Source: an uncultured Clostridia bacterium (GTDB taxonomy: Bacteria; Bacillota; Clostridia; Christensenellales; UBA1242). From it: a DNA stretch of 64,000 nt. The translations under genes and the position numbers were made by a program. The notes under the pieces were generated by a model that did no database searches, had not been told where the DNA came from, and saw only the letters and a list, made by a program, of their open reading frames with translations. Positions 63,838 through 64,000 of the stretch are shown in pieces (within the stretch, counting starts at the first letter, position 1; each line of letters starts with the position of its first letter). The DNA lies in contig CAMRSX010000001.1 in the NCBI GenBank assembly GCA_947053595.1, positions 86,356-150,355 of the forward strand, written 5' to 3'.

Positions 63838-64000
63838 GTGCTGGGGCAAGAAGAAACTCTTGACCTAATCAGAAAAGCTCAGGCTGGCGACGAGGGCGCA
63901 AAGGAAACCTTGGTCAACGAAAATTCTCCGCTTATTAAAAGCGTCATTCGTTGGTTTAAGGACAAGGGCATTGAAAACGACGATTTATATCAACTTGGTT
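63838..64000 (+). CDS. sigF: RNA polymerase sporulation sigma factor SigF (5' part; runs off the window)
   Basis: Own translation from a GTG abutting the spoIIAB stop: VLGQEETLDLIRKAQAGDEGAKETLVNENSPLIKSVIRWFKDKGIENDDLYQLG. It matches sigma region 2 and the operon context. Confidence 0.8.
   Translation, partial: MLGQEETLDLIRKAQAGDEGAKETLVNENSPLIKSVIRWFKDKGIENDDLYQLG

Overview
This 64-kb window comes from a moderately AT-rich, endospore-forming Firmicute with Clostridia-like gene content. That content includes spoIIAA-spoIIAB-sigF, a gerA-type germinant receptor operon, a mini-mcsA/mcsB/clpC cluster, minD, hpf, greA, rnj, tsaEB, ftsH and rplJL with an L10 leader. I found no rRNA, tRNA, CRISPR array, transposase or integrase.

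Most genes are housekeeping, but several things need a second look:
- An 816-bp AT-rich two-gene cassette (an orphan 123-aa protein plus a divergent XRE regulator) is bracketed by perfect 30-bp direct repeats. Each repeat carries a stop codon plus a terminator hairpin.
- A co-directional cluster runs ferredoxin, Ppx/GppA-like, S1-protease-like, MreB-like. The two enzyme homologues have lost their catalytic motifs.
- A type IIA topoisomerase A subunit has no GyrA box and carries about 237 extra, highly acidic N-terminal codons.
- There are two giant surface proteins. One is a 1735-aa GLUG-repeat protein with a sharp internal composition switch. The other is a 1323-aa type I membrane protein with a cytoplasmic coiled coil.
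- A TSUP/TauE transporter is split into two 4-TM halves by a spacer holding three tandem repeats of about 36 nt.
- GC-rich, hairpin-dense intergenic elements share modules at three loci, one of them between minD and a MinE-like gene that lacks the membrane-targeting N-terminus.
- A promoter geometry recurs in which the ATG sits 7 nt after the -10 box with no Shine-Dalgarno sequence, suggesting leaderless mRNAs.
- Several promoters contain Spo0A-box-like sites.

All calls come from by-eye reading and remembered family motifs. No database search was run.
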